A stretch of DNA of 63,997 bases, the filler included, from Octopus bimaculoides (Eukaryota): assembly GCF_001194135.2 (NCBI RefSeq). It is 6 parts of 6 records of this genome, joined end to end, with 100 filler letters (N's around TTAATTAATTAA, not from the genome) between each part and the next. Parts side by side here need not be neighbours in the genome. Positions count along the whole stretch, not along the records: positions 1 to 13,763 come from NC_068997.1; 5 more parts are not named here. The stretch is one strand, 5' to 3'. Positions 1 to 11,659 of the stretch are shown here, piece after piece. The translations under genes were made by a program, and so were the position numbers. How positions within the stretch are numbered: position 1 is the stretch's first letter; the number at the start of each line of letters is the position of its first letter. Below the pieces are notes generated by a model. It was not told the DNA's origin. It did no database searches and worked only from the letters and a program-made list of their open reading frames with translations.

Positions 1-41
<41 letters not shown>
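1..41. repeat. (TA)n microsatellite
   Basis: Perfect TA run at the window start. Confidence 0.98.
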
Positions 42-44
<3 letters not shown>

Positions 45-2799
45 TCGCGCGTTAATTTATCTACCTCTCTGTTTATATATCTATCTAGCTGTCTGTCTGT
101 CTGTTTGTCTGTATGTATATTAGATGTCAGGATTATATATATTAAAAAAAAAACTTTTGTTTATATAAGTCAGAACGCTGATCAGGTTTGTAAGATACAA
201 AGATTAGAAAATTGTCAGACAAACTGACAGATCTCTGTAAGATTCTTAGATTAGATGGGTTTAATTAACTATGCAGAAATTATTGAACTAGACGGGTATC
301 AGATAAATTTTTATAGTCATTTACCAGACGTGGAAAATGTTACGTAATTAAAACTATAAAATGTCAGCGTGTAAACAGAAAATTACAAATAGATGTGCAA
401 GGTAGATGTATAAAGAAGCCGCAAAGCAGGCAGACGGCAACCAAATTAACATACAAACATTGTAGTTAAACAAATAAATCAGAGAAGTAAGGTGAAGCAA
501 AGCAAACAAGCAAACAAATGAGAAACAGGTAGTCCAATAGACAGACGAGGATTAACAAACATGGCAGTCAAATAGGCAGACATGGAAGAAGATGAATAGA
601 AAAGCGGACCATAGTTTTGAAACCAAGTAATAATGGAAGACTGTGGATGTAAAAAAATTATCAGTTTATAATGGCAAATTCATCTGAAAATAAACATCGA
701 TTTGATTGATTTATGTCATTACCGCCTCTTTCCAAATACGAATGGGAAGTTGATGTAAATTCTTTGTATGTAACATCGATCGTTCACGGTCGGAAAAATC
801 ATAATTGTATTTATAGGCCATTCAACAGTAAATTGTAGTCAATATAGTATCAGAGTCCTTCTGAATGGGACAATTTACTTTATTTATATAACGATCGTTT
901 TATTAGTCTCATAAAAAGCTTATTGATGTTAATGAAATCTTATTTTTATCTGCATTTAGAACTAGTTAAAGCCAATAACTTGCTGAATGAGAGAATTGCC
1001 ATCTGGAAGGAAAGCAAGTGATAACAAAAGTGTCAGATGCGATGTTCTCGACACTCTTTTTGCACTATAAAACACGAACACAATGGCGTGTAATGTTAGA
1101 TTGTTCTCCAACACATACTAAGCTAATTTTATATCGTTTTTATTCCGAAATACAGTTTTAAAACCAAATAAAAGAAATAAGCTTTCCTTCAACAGTACAA
1201 AAAAATCAAAGATGTTCTCGTCTAAATTTTAAAAAAAAAACACACTCATACACAAACAAACAAAACGAACAAAGTAAATACATACAAATAAATACATATA
1301 AATAAGTAAATGAATGAATAAATAAAAGCAAATTATTACATAACAATGAAATATTTCCGTGTAAATAAAAACAGACAATGGATGCTATACGGAAATTAAG
1401 ATCAAATGATGTGAAGTTTTAGCTGTAAGCAGCCCAACCAGAGACGCCATATTGTCACAAGTATTTGGAGTTAAAAGAAAATATTTTTCGTTAAAATAAA
1501 CTATCTTTAAGTTAATATCAACCATAAGACGTGTTAAACCATAAAATATTAAGAAGGATAAAACAGCAAAACTGAGAAGAGTATAGATATTAAAGAATAA
1601 CACAAAGATGACGAGGTTGGTGGCGAGAATGTTTGGCAAAATTGTTTAAGATGGCAGAAGTGAAGGTTACTGATAAAACCGAGTTGTCATCAAGCTGTTC
1701 GATAACAACGTACGTAGAAGAGACATTTCGTCCAACCAGTACGAAGAAGAGGATTATATTTGCAATGTTGTAGGATGCACTTTATGTCAATCTCTTCTTT
1801 ATGACTATTCCCAACTGATCTGTGACAGCTATGTTTTTTCTTTCGGTTGAGGAATTTTCGTCACATTCAGAGACACACGATAAGGATTAGCTACTGAAAT
1901 AAGCTTTACTATAATAGTGAAGTACTGCTGTCGCCATTTTGCATTGGTATTACATTTGGGAAATATAGATAAATAAAGCCGGGTTCTAACATAGATTTTA
2001 TGCTGTTTGCATTTATCATATTTACAATATATTTTCTTTTCGTTCGGCTTTTGGACCGAGGTTATACGACACGTTGAATAATATGGCGCATGTTATCTTG
2101 GAAATGACATGACAGTGGGATTTCAGCATGCTTTCAAAACAGATTGGTGGTGTCGTTAAAATCGAAGTAAATAGACAAACATGACACACGTTCGATTCTG
2201 CGCAACAGCTACACTTTTAACTTTGTAGAAAAGTTTGAAGCATCTAACAAAACAACTATCATCTGAAATGACTAAATTGTTAAGGAATTTTTAGATATTT
2301 TTTAATGGTTTTAGAATTTGAAATAGTTTTTAGGATACGATGATTAGTAATTATCGTGTGACTAGTTGTATTAAACATCTTTATATTTTTCATATAAGTA
2401 CACACTCTTACACGTACAAATATTCACGCACACACACACATACATACATACATACATACATACATACGGCGGAGGTGAAGGAATGAGAAGCTCAAAGAGC
2501 TACGTTAATAAATGCAGTGATAGACCAATTTAATAGAAAGTTACCTGTCCGAAAAGTAAGAGTCGTGTGGAGATTAGAGGTGGGCAGTTTCAAAAAAAGA
2601 TTTTCATGCTAGACACAGCCGAAAAAATTCTCTAAGGGAGATTATCGAGCAGGTTATTGACTAGTTCACAAGTGGATCTAGTTTTGCGAATATTGTAATG
2701 ATAGCCATTAAAAAATTAACGCAAATTAATTGGAACAGATTATATTTTTATTAATAAGGAAATTTGGTTTGGTTTGGTAATGAAATATAATGATTCATT

Positions 2800-3050
2800 G
2801 TCAATGACTTAGCTGCGCGTCTCTTTTCCACCTCAATATCTCTGTATCATGATTAATCGTTGACCAAACACCATTCAATTTTTTTTCTCCGTGTTTTTCT
2901 CCATGTTTTCTCCTTATTCTATCTGTTGAAGAGCGTAGCTCGAAACGTTAAAGACTTTCTCTATTCCCGAGCGTTAAACTAATACATCCTTTTGTTGTTT
3001 ACACCACCTGTCCTCGTCTGTTGTTGTTTTTTTTTCGTACATTCTCCTAT
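2800..3050 (+). mobile_element. Non-autonomous repeat (family D), probable Penelope-like 3' end/pLTR derivative with hammerhead-like motif
   Basis: GAAGAGCGTAG(G)CTCGAAACGTTAAAGACTTTCTCTATTCCCGAGCGTTAAACTAATACATCC...TTTACACCACCTGTC recurs (reverse complement) near 5340-5430, 42870-43030, 52905-53026 and 54370-54520. The Penelope link is inferred from the hammerhead-like motif. Confidence 0.7.
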
Positions 3051-3617
3051 ATATAAATATGCGCGCGCACGTGTGTGTGCGTGCGTGTGAGTGTGTGTGT
3101 GTGTGCGTATGTGTATACACTCACACAACACATATAGATGTATATATGCATATAAAGTTATAGTACATTTGGAGTCAACAACCACACTCCATGTTTACTT
3201 CAAATTTTTCAATTATATACATATGTATATACATATAAATGTAGATATTTGTATAAATGAATACATGTATATATATATATACATACGTACATATATATAT
3301 ATGTGTATATATATCCATACATATGTATGTATATGCATCCTTATCCATCCATATATACATACATACTGACAGACAAATAAACGTATCTGTGTGTGCGTAT
3401 ATAGTCTATACGTATGTGTTCGCATGCGTGCATGCATGTATGTATGTATGTATGTATGTATGTATGTATGTATGTATGTATGTATGTGTGTCTATTCATT
3501 TATGTATCTATGTATGTCTCAATATGTATTTATATATACTTGGATATATTGGTTATAAACGAATGTAAATTTGTATGAATTTCTCTCGTTCTCGCTCCCT
3601 CTCTCTCCCTCTCTCTG

Positions 3618-3672
<55 letters not shown>

Positions 3673-4558
3673 NNNNNNNNNNNNNNNNNNNNNNNNNNNN
3701 NNNNNNNNNNNNNNNNNNNNNNNNNNNNNNNNNNNNNNNNNNNNNNNNNNNNNNNNNNNNNNNNNNNNNNNNNNNNNNNNNNNNNNNNNNNNNNNNNNNN
3801 NNNNNNNNNNNNNNNNNNNNNNNNNNNNNNNNNNNNNNNNNNNNNNNNNNNNNNNNNNNNNNNNNNNNNNNNNNNNNNNNNNNNNNNNNNNNNNNNNNNN
3901 NNNNNNNNNNNNNNNNNNNNNNNNNNNNNNNNNNNNNNNNNNNNNNNNNNNNNNNNNNNNNNNNNNNNNNNNNNNNNNNNNNNNNNNNNNNNNNNNNNNN
4001 NNNNNNNNNNNNNNNNNNNNNNNNNNNNNNNNNNNNNNNNNNNNNNNNNNNNNNNNNNNNNNNNNNNNNNNNNNNNNNNNNNNNNNNNNNNNNNNNNNNN
4101 NNNNNNNNNNNNNNNNNNNNNNNNNNNNNNNNNNNNNNNNNNNNNNNNNNNNNNNNNNNNNNNNNNNNNNNNNNNNNNNNNNNNNNNNNNNNNNNNNNNN
4201 NNNNNNNNNNNNNNNNNNNNNNNNNNNNNNNNNNNNNNNNNNNNNNNNNNNNNNNNNNNNNNNNNNNNNNNNNNNNNNNNNNNNNNNNNNNNNNNNNNNN
4301 NNNNNNNNNNNNNNNNNNNNNNNNNNNNNNNNNNNNNNNNNNNNNNNNNNNNNNNNNNNNNNNNNNNNNNNNNNNNNNNNNNNNNNNNNNNNNNNNNNNN
4401 NNNNNNNNNNNNNNNNNNNNNNNNNNNNNNNNNNNNNNNNNNNNNNNNNNNNNNNNNNNNNNNNNNNNNNNNNNNNNNNNNNNNNNNNNNNNNNNNNNNN
4501 NNNNNNNNNNNNNNNNNNNNNNNNNNNNNNNNNNNNNNNNNNNNNNNNNNNNNNNNNN

Positions 4559-4610
<52 letters not shown>
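4559..4610. repeat. (TAG)n microsatellite next to a gap
   Basis: Direct reading; a second (TAG)n array lies at 7558-7666. Confidence 0.95.
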
Positions 4611-4612
<2 letters not shown>

Positions 4613-5324
4613 TCTATTACTATCTGTCTGTTACCGTTTAGCTTTCTTATTCTGGTTCTTGTTGCTTGTTGTTCTTGTTGTTCCACTTCATCCCCCATCG
4701 AACGGACCTATGATCAAAAGGATACTAGACATGGCTACCCTGTCTTTTTATTCGGGTAAACTAAACCCTAAACATCAATTATCCAAAGCGCTCTCTATTT
4801 TTATGTTAGGAGAGTGTGGTTTTAGCTGTCATCTGTGCTGACAATGGTGATGATGAAGAGACAGTGGGGAGAATGATGCTTGTAGATGATGATGATTTCT
4901 ATTGTTGTTGTTGCTGCTGCTGCAGCTGTTGTTGTATAACCCCAGGTCAGCCCTGATTCAGGAATCCTATGGCGCACCGGGTCTCGGCCAAATGATAGCG
5001 TTCAACCCAAATATACATCTTCCATATTATATCATGTGTCTAATCCAGTGAACTCTGAAAGTTTGGACACACACCAATTGCGTGGGAACAAATGTTAGCC
5101 CAAGGCTAATCTATGTATGCTTTTGTGTATGTTGGGACGTCTGTACATTGCTTTGCGAAGTGTGTGTATGTGTGTGTGTATGTGTGTGTGTGTGTGTGTG
5201 CGTGTGTCTCTTTCTCTCTCCATATATATATATATATATGTATATATATATGTATATGTATGTGGGTGTATTATTGAAAGAGGGATAATTCTGTTAAGAG
5301 AGCCTTACTTAATACTCTAGCTTC

Positions 5325-5435
5325 CAAGTGAGAAAGTTTTTTACTCGGGAAGTGAGAAAGTCTTTTACGTTTCGAGCCTACGCTCTTCGACAGAAAGGAA
5401 CGCAGAAATAAACAGGGAGAGAAAATAGAAAAGCT
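5325..5435 (-). mobile_element. Family D repeat copy (partial)
   Basis: Reverse complement matches the 2920-2990 segment; local duplication of AAGTGAGAAAGT at about 5327 and 5350. Confidence 0.7.
5362..5397 (-). ncRNA. Minimal type-I hammerhead-like motif with non-canonical core (CUGUCGA)
   Basis: Minus strand reads CUUU-CUGUCGA-A-GAGC-GUAG-GCUC-GAAA-CG-UA^AAAG: stem I CUUU/AAAG, stem II GAGC/GCUC, palindromic ACGU stem III. An identical 36-mer is at 42973-43008. Confidence 0.5.
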
Positions 5436-5439
5436 TTAG

Positions 5440-5446
5440 TGGTTCG

Positions 5447-5524
<78 letters not shown>

Positions 5525-5948
5525 CTCTCTCTCTCTCTCTCTCTTATACGTAATCACACGCGCACACACACACACATACACACATGCGCGCGCACACACA
5601 TATACACACGCGCTCACACACACATACACACACACGTGCACACGCACACAAACACACACACACACACACACACCCACATAGACAGAATTTGTGTAGAGAG
5701 AAACCAAAACAAAAACACCATACGTATGTACGTATTCCTTTTTTGCGAATCTAGGAGTGCGCATATGTGCTTACATGTGCAAAATGAATGTACGTGTCTA
5801 TGTGTGAATGCACACACACACCCACAGGCGCGCATGCAGACACGCGCACGCGTGCACACATACAAGCTACAATGTAACAGACATGAACATCCTTTTTACA
5901 CTATAGCTTAGCATATCTATCTGTCTATCTATCTATCTATATATCTAT

Positions 5949-5995
<47 letters not shown>

Positions 5996-6253
5996 CCTAC
6001 CTACCTACACACTNNNNNNNNNNTATACATATATACACATACATATATGTGTGTGTATATATATATATATGTATATATATGTATGTATATATATGTATAT
6101 ATGTACATATATATACATATATACACATACATATACATTTCTACAAGGCGTATGTGCATGCCTATGCATGTGCGACAAGATATTCACGTGCTATATGCGT
6201 GTATCGATAAGTATGAAACACACACATACCTATATAAATGCACACACACACAA

Positions 6254-6329
<76 letters not shown>

Positions 6330-6570
6330 CTTCGAAATGTCTAGATAGAATAGAGACAGCTGATGAAGGGATATTCCAAGTGGCTTTCCGTTTTCCTATG
6401 TGTTCGTTCCGTTGTCTGTAGTTTATTGTTCTAACGTCCTGTACCCTGATATGCATGTATATACACATGTAGATGTAAGTATGTACATATATGTGTGTAT
6501 ACATGTATATATATTCTTTGTATTATATATATATATATATATATACAGATAGCTATGCTAGCTAGCTAGC

Positions 6571-6618
<48 letters not shown>

Positions 6619-6660
6619 GACACAGACAGACATTCAGATAGATAGATATACATGTATACA
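5440..6660. repeat. Compound microsatellite field: (TC)n, (TATC)n, (CA)n, (TA)n, (GACA)n
   Basis: Direct reading; short non-repetitive interruptions. Confidence 0.92.
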
Positions 6661-6718
6661 TCCACGTATCCCGTAAAAATCATTTCTTATCTCTGTTACT
6701 TCTTTTCTTCCACGCCAG

Positions 6719-6831
6719 CCAACCATGCCGCCATCATCAAGGACCATAAAAGGTGTCGCGTGACGAAGCCGCTGCAACGTTCCAAAGAAATCTTCCTAGA
6801 CCACACAACTCGAACTGTCTGTGCCATCTGA
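6719..6831 (+). CDS. Candidate terminal coding exon of an unidentified host gene
   Basis: Strong polypyrimidine acceptor (TCTTTTCTTCCACGCCAG), open frame xNHAAIIKDHKRCRVTKPLQRSKEIFLDHTTRTVCAI*, locally higher GC, UTR-like sequence downstream. No homologue recognised. Confidence 0.3.
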
Positions 6832-7344
6832 TTCTTCAAGAAAACCGTCTCTTCCCCGTTCTTACGTTTTTTTTTTTTTTTACTTTATGGATTTCAACAT
6901 CAACATATCCATCACAACATTTTATTGACTTCTCTGATCGCTGTGGGGGCCCCAATTCCTGCTCTGCATCCATCTTATTCTCGTGAAGCTTTTTTTTTTT
7001 TCACTGATTATCTATGTGTTTTTGTTTGTGAGTGTGTTATGTGTGTGTGCGTCTGGTGTGTGTATGTGTGTGTGTGTGAGGTCGTTAACGAGAATCCTTT
7101 TGGATTATCTTTGTCTCACGAAGGTGAAATATTCGGGAAGGAATGAGGCAACAGGACAGCGGAAACAGTTAATTAATATAATATAAACCACTTCCTATTT
7201 TGTAGACTAATATAGGATAATCGATAATCTAATAGTGCCTCCTTCCGATTTTTAATTTCGTGTTCATTAAATATTTTTCTATATTTATATTCAGATACAT
7301 AGATATGTACATAGTGCTAGTCATATATACATATATACATACAT

Positions 7345-7511
7345 AGGCGCAGGACTGGCTGTGTAGTAAGTTCAATCCGCGACGAGATCAACATTGCATC
7401 TTGCATCTTTTCGGGTACGATAAAGCAATATACCCGTCAAATATTGGACTCCTAATAATAGTCTAATCGCTTTCCTCAAATTCGTAACCGCGTGCTCGCA
7501 TTAGAATTCAT
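7345..7511 (+). mobile_element. Diverged SINE: family-B-like head joined to family-A-like body
   Basis: AGGCGCAGGACTGGCTGTGTAGTAAG (B head) followed by TTCAATCCGCGACGAGATCAACATTGC...TTTTCGGGTACGATAAA (A-type central domain). Confidence 0.55.
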
Positions 7512-7555
7512 TTCGGGGTTTACAAGTATTCTTCCTTATTGCATAGCTATTACAC

Positions 7556-7633
<78 letters not shown>

Positions 7634-7635
7634 AC

Positions 7636-7666
<31 letters not shown>

Positions 7667-8959
7667 NNNNNNNNNNNNNNNNNNNNNNNNNNNNNNNNNN
7701 NNNNNNNNNNNNNNNNNNNNNNNNNNNNNNNNNNNNNNNNNNNNNNNNNNNNNNNNNNNNNNNNNNNNNNNNNNNNNNNNNNNNNNNNNNNNNNNNNNNN
7801 NNNNNNNNNNNNNNNNNNNNNNNNNNNNNNNNNNNNNNNNNNNNNNNNNNNNNNNNNNNNNNNNNNNNNNNNNNNNNNNNNNNNNNNNNNNNNNNNNNNN
7901 NNNNNNNNNNNNNNNNNNNNNNNNNNNNNNNNNNNNNNNNNNNNNNNNNNNNNNNNNNNNNNNNNNNNNNNNNNNNNNNNNNNNNNNNNNNNNNNNNNNN
8001 NNNNNNNNNNNNNNNNNNNNNNNNNNNNNNNNNNNNNNNNNNNNNNNNNNNNNNNNNNNNNNNNNNNNNNNNNNNNNNNNNNNNNNNNNNNNNNNNNNNN
8101 NNNNNNNNNNNNNNNNNNNNNNNNNNNNNNNNNNNNNNNNNNNNNNNNNNNNNNNNNNNNNNNNNNNNNNNNNNNNNNNNNNNNNNNNNNNNNNNNNNNN
8201 NNNNNNNNNNNNNNNNNNNNNNNNNNNNNNNNNNNNNNNNNNNNNNNNNNNNNNNNNNNNNNNNNNNNNNNNNNNNNNNNNNNNNNNNNNNNNNNNNNNN
8301 NNNNNNNNNNNNNNNNNNNNNNNNNNNNNNNNNNNNNNNNNNNNNNNNNNNNNNNNNNNNNNNNNNNNNNNNNNNNNNNNNNNNNNNNNNNNNNNNNNNN
8401 NNNNNNNNNNNNNNNNNNNNNNNNNNNNNNNNNNNNNNNNNNNNNNNNNNNNNNNNNNNNNNNNNNNNNNNNNNNNNNNNNNNNNNNNNNNNNNNNNNNN
8501 NNNNNNNNNNNNNNNNNNNNNNNNNNNNNNNNNNNNNNNNNNNNNNNNNNNNNNNNNNNNNNNNNNNNNNNNNNATATATATATATATATATATAAATAT
8601 AACACTATATCATATATTTATATATATTATATTAAAATACATATTGCATTTCATATGTGTGCGTGCTTGCGTGTGTGTGTGTGTGTGCGTGCGTATATGT
8701 GTTTGATGTGTGTGTGTATGTGTGTGTGTGTGTGTGTGTTTTATTTTATTTAATCAGTATAAAGTTACAGTTGTGACTCAAGTGCCGAAGCCTGATTCTT
8801 GGTAATGACACACAATTCATAAGTGCCAAGCATGAAAATCGTGGACCTCGAGTCACTTTTCTAAATTTTGCCCCATAAAAATAATATACACGTTAGTGTA
8901 AATGTGCGTGCATGCGGGTGTGTGCATATAAAATCAGTACTATATTTTGGAATGATATA

Positions 8960-9554
8960 CATGTTGTCATCGACTTACGACCTATCCGATTTACAACCGA
9001 TCGACTTTTCAACGATTGGCGCGCCAGCACCCGGCAGCAATAATAAATGATCCAGTTGAAATCTAACGGGTTTAATTTTTTAGAAATTAACCCGTCTACG
9101 GATGATGTCAACGAACAAACTCTTCCTCTAGGTTTAGTTATCGATTGCCACTGTGTTAGCTGACTATCCTGTCACGGAGCCATCGAGGCAACCTCGTATT
9201 TGCTTATAAGATGACTGCTTGAGACTCTGAAATTTTTGACTAGCACCAGTACAATAGCATAATACAGAATGCTCTGTATGACGTTTACCTGAGAATATAC
9301 CTTAAGAATGTAAAAATATCAAACAAAGCTATGCAGTCCTATAGGCCGACTTACGACCAAGTCGACTTACGACCAAGTCGACTTACGACCAAGTCGACTT
9401 ACGATCAAGCCNNNNNNNNNNATTTACGACCAAGTCGACTTACGACCAAGTCGACTTACGACCAAGTCGACTTACGACCAAGTCGACTTACGACCAAGTC
9501 GACTTACGACCAGTCAGTCGGAGCCAATTGTGGTCGTAAGTCGACGATGATCTG
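8960..9554. mobile_element. pogo/Tigger-like MITE
   Basis: Imperfect TIRs CATGTTGTCATCGACTTACGACC (8960) and GGTCGTAAGTCGACGATGATCTG (ending 9554), with TA on both flanks. Superfamily call is based on the CAG-type TIR start plus TA target. Confidence 0.6.
9345..9512. repeat. 16-bp minisatellite (GTCGACTTACGACCAA)n
   Basis: About 9-10 visible near-perfect units split by a 10-N gap. Confidence 0.95.
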
Positions 9555-10211
9555 TAATAGAATGTATTGGAATACATGCTCGTTTATGATTTCATCAGAC
9601 GGAAGCCTCTGAGAAGAAGATCTTGATGCACTTGTTCGTGAGTCAATGCAATTAACGTTCTTCTGTAACAGCTGCAAGAAAAAAATGAAAAATCAAATAT
9701 AAACAAATAATAGATAAGACAGAAGTGGAAATAAAACACCCAGGGTTGCTTTCTGGGGAAGAAGTACTGGAAGCAAGTTATTACAGCAGGGGTTCGTTGG
9801 GCGTTATTAGAGGTTATGTGTGTATATCAACATATATATATATAAATATATCATCTAGGTCGTCCCATAGGACACCCCATTTTAGGGGGTTCGGTTGCGC
9901 ATACTGTAGGAGTTACATGACGCTGCTCCAAGTGATCACGAAGTTTCCATCTAAATAGCAATATTAGGGTCTCATCCATTGTCTTCTATTCAAGATCTTC
10001 TGCATGACATCCTACTAGTTTAAAACCAGGAATCTGATCTGTTACGGTCTACCGATAAATAAATCCACGCCCTGCTGCCGATGCTTCGATAATCACCCTC
10101 CTCACTAAGCAAGCCTGATAGGGTTGCCAGTTTAGTCACCGACGACCAGACCATGCGACAGGTTGTATTGGGTTACATGTTACCAGTAGCACTAAAGAGC
10201 GACCAGACATG

Positions 10212-10248
<37 letters not shown>

Positions 10249-11287
10249 CCGTTAGTTAAAAAATAAAAACGCATCTAAATGCAAGGTCGCTAAAGTAATA
10301 AATTACTGTATTAAACTCGATTGGTATATTGTGTGTTTTGCCGAAGGTCTTTGATATATGGTAGAAGAAACAGACCAAATGGATAAAGACTTTGTAATAT
10401 GAATGTTCTGCATAGTATGCTAAGAAATGTGGATTTCACTAGCAGTAAAATTACTGCATGTTGTCAAGAATTATTGTTCAAGTGAGTGTTGTGGTTCCAT
10501 AACCTACTAGAAATAGTAGACAAGTCTGTCTCAAGTCAGACTTTTGACCTGAAACAAGAAGGTCAATGTCTGAATTAGTAGATGCAGACAAAGGTAATGT
10601 TATTGTTGTTTCCTTTTTATCATACGTGAGTTTGATCAGAGATGAAATATGCTTAAACAACAAAGACTGCTTCTGATATATACGAGTAAAATTAACTTTA
10701 CTTGTCCAACAGCATGAAATAACTATGGATTTTCTACTAAGTCCCATGTTCGCAGTAAAGCATATAAAATATGTACTGCTAAGATGTAAATATACCATGT
10801 AATCCAGCTTGCTAATATTTTTGTCGTAACAGACACCCTCAGAGCGATAGAGAAAGTTCAATTTCATTATATACATTATTTTAAACAAAAAATCGCGTGA
10901 TAAAACAATTCCAGTTCTATATGTAAAACCAGAGATAGACTGATATGACATATCCTTTCATCGAAAGTATGAAAACTTCAATGTATAGAAAACCTAAGAG
11001 CGCTAAAGTTGAAAAGAAATTGTAATGAACCAATCAGAGAAAAGAAATGGAAATCTTTAATTAAAAAAAGATGGTCTCTGCTAAGAACAGCATCTAGATT
11101 CTGCTGTTTAAACAAAGTGTGATAAAAGATAAAATGCGAAGAATTTTTTTCTTTAAAATAACAAAACGAACATAATATAAGGAAAATTGGAAGAGTTTGT
11201 TTTTAGAAATAACGAAATGATATGTTGTATAGGGTATATCAAAAATACTAATGTTCCTGATGTCGATATTAAAGTGATACTATTAAA

Positions 11288-11636
11288 GTGGCGAGCTGGC
11301 AGAATCGTTAGCACTGCTGGTAGGTGGGTGGGGATGCTTAGTGGTGTTTCGTCAACCGCTACGTTCTGAGTTCAAATTCCTCCGCGGTCGATTTTGTCTT
11401 TCATCTTTTCGGGGTCGATAAATTAAGTAGTAGTGAAACCCTGGGGTCGATCTAATCGACTGGCCTCCTCCCCCAAAATGTTGGGCCTTGTCCCCGTAAC
11501 TTAGCGGTTCGGCAAAATAGACCGATAGAATAAGTACTAGGCTTACAAAGAATAAGTCCTGGTGTCGATTTGGTCGACTAAAGGCGGTGCTCCAGCATGA
11601 CCGCAGTCAAATGACTGAAACAAATAAAAGAGTAAA
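11288..11636 (+). mobile_element. Chimaeric SINE: family A head/body fused to family B 3' tail
   Basis: A-type sequence to about 11490, then GTCCCCGTAACTTAGCGGTTCGGCAAAA...GGCGGTGCTCCAGCATGACCGCAGTCAAATGACTGAAAC, which elsewhere follows family B (46845, 56020, and 57303 reverse complement). Confidence 0.8.
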
Positions 11637-11659
11637 TATATATATGTGTGTGTGTGTGT

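Noticed and set aside
1385-1639. Hydrophobic 84-aa ORF resembling a membrane protein
   Set aside because: TTG start, in-frame stop just upstream, no family motif; a T-rich strand gives hydrophobic translations by default.
3091-3568. IY/HT/CV/MYVC/SL-repeat ORFs throughout the window
   Set aside because: Translations of (TA)n, (CA)n, (TATG)n and (TC)n repeats.
3553-4759. Long ORFs spanning N-gaps (also at 7492, 17795, 24678, 45241, 49282, 52122, 54620 and 57620)
   Set aside because: Length comes from X codons and flanking microsatellites; no coding evidence.
6325-6375. GAAA...CTGATGA in permuted (type II) order; similar at 50480-50527 on the minus strand
   Set aside because: Stems I and III could not be paired convincingly. 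They may be broken hammerhead relics split at a TA loop, but the fold is not supportable.
9345-9512. CRISPR-like appearance of the 16-bp array and of the spaced repeats at 30284-30475
   Set aside because: No unique spacers (none, or TA microsatellite), no cas genes, eukaryotic context.
10416-10481. 66-bp AG...GTGAGT segment encoding MLRNVDFTSSKITACCQELLF
   Set aside because: Weak polypyrimidine tract and no corroboration; compatible with chance.
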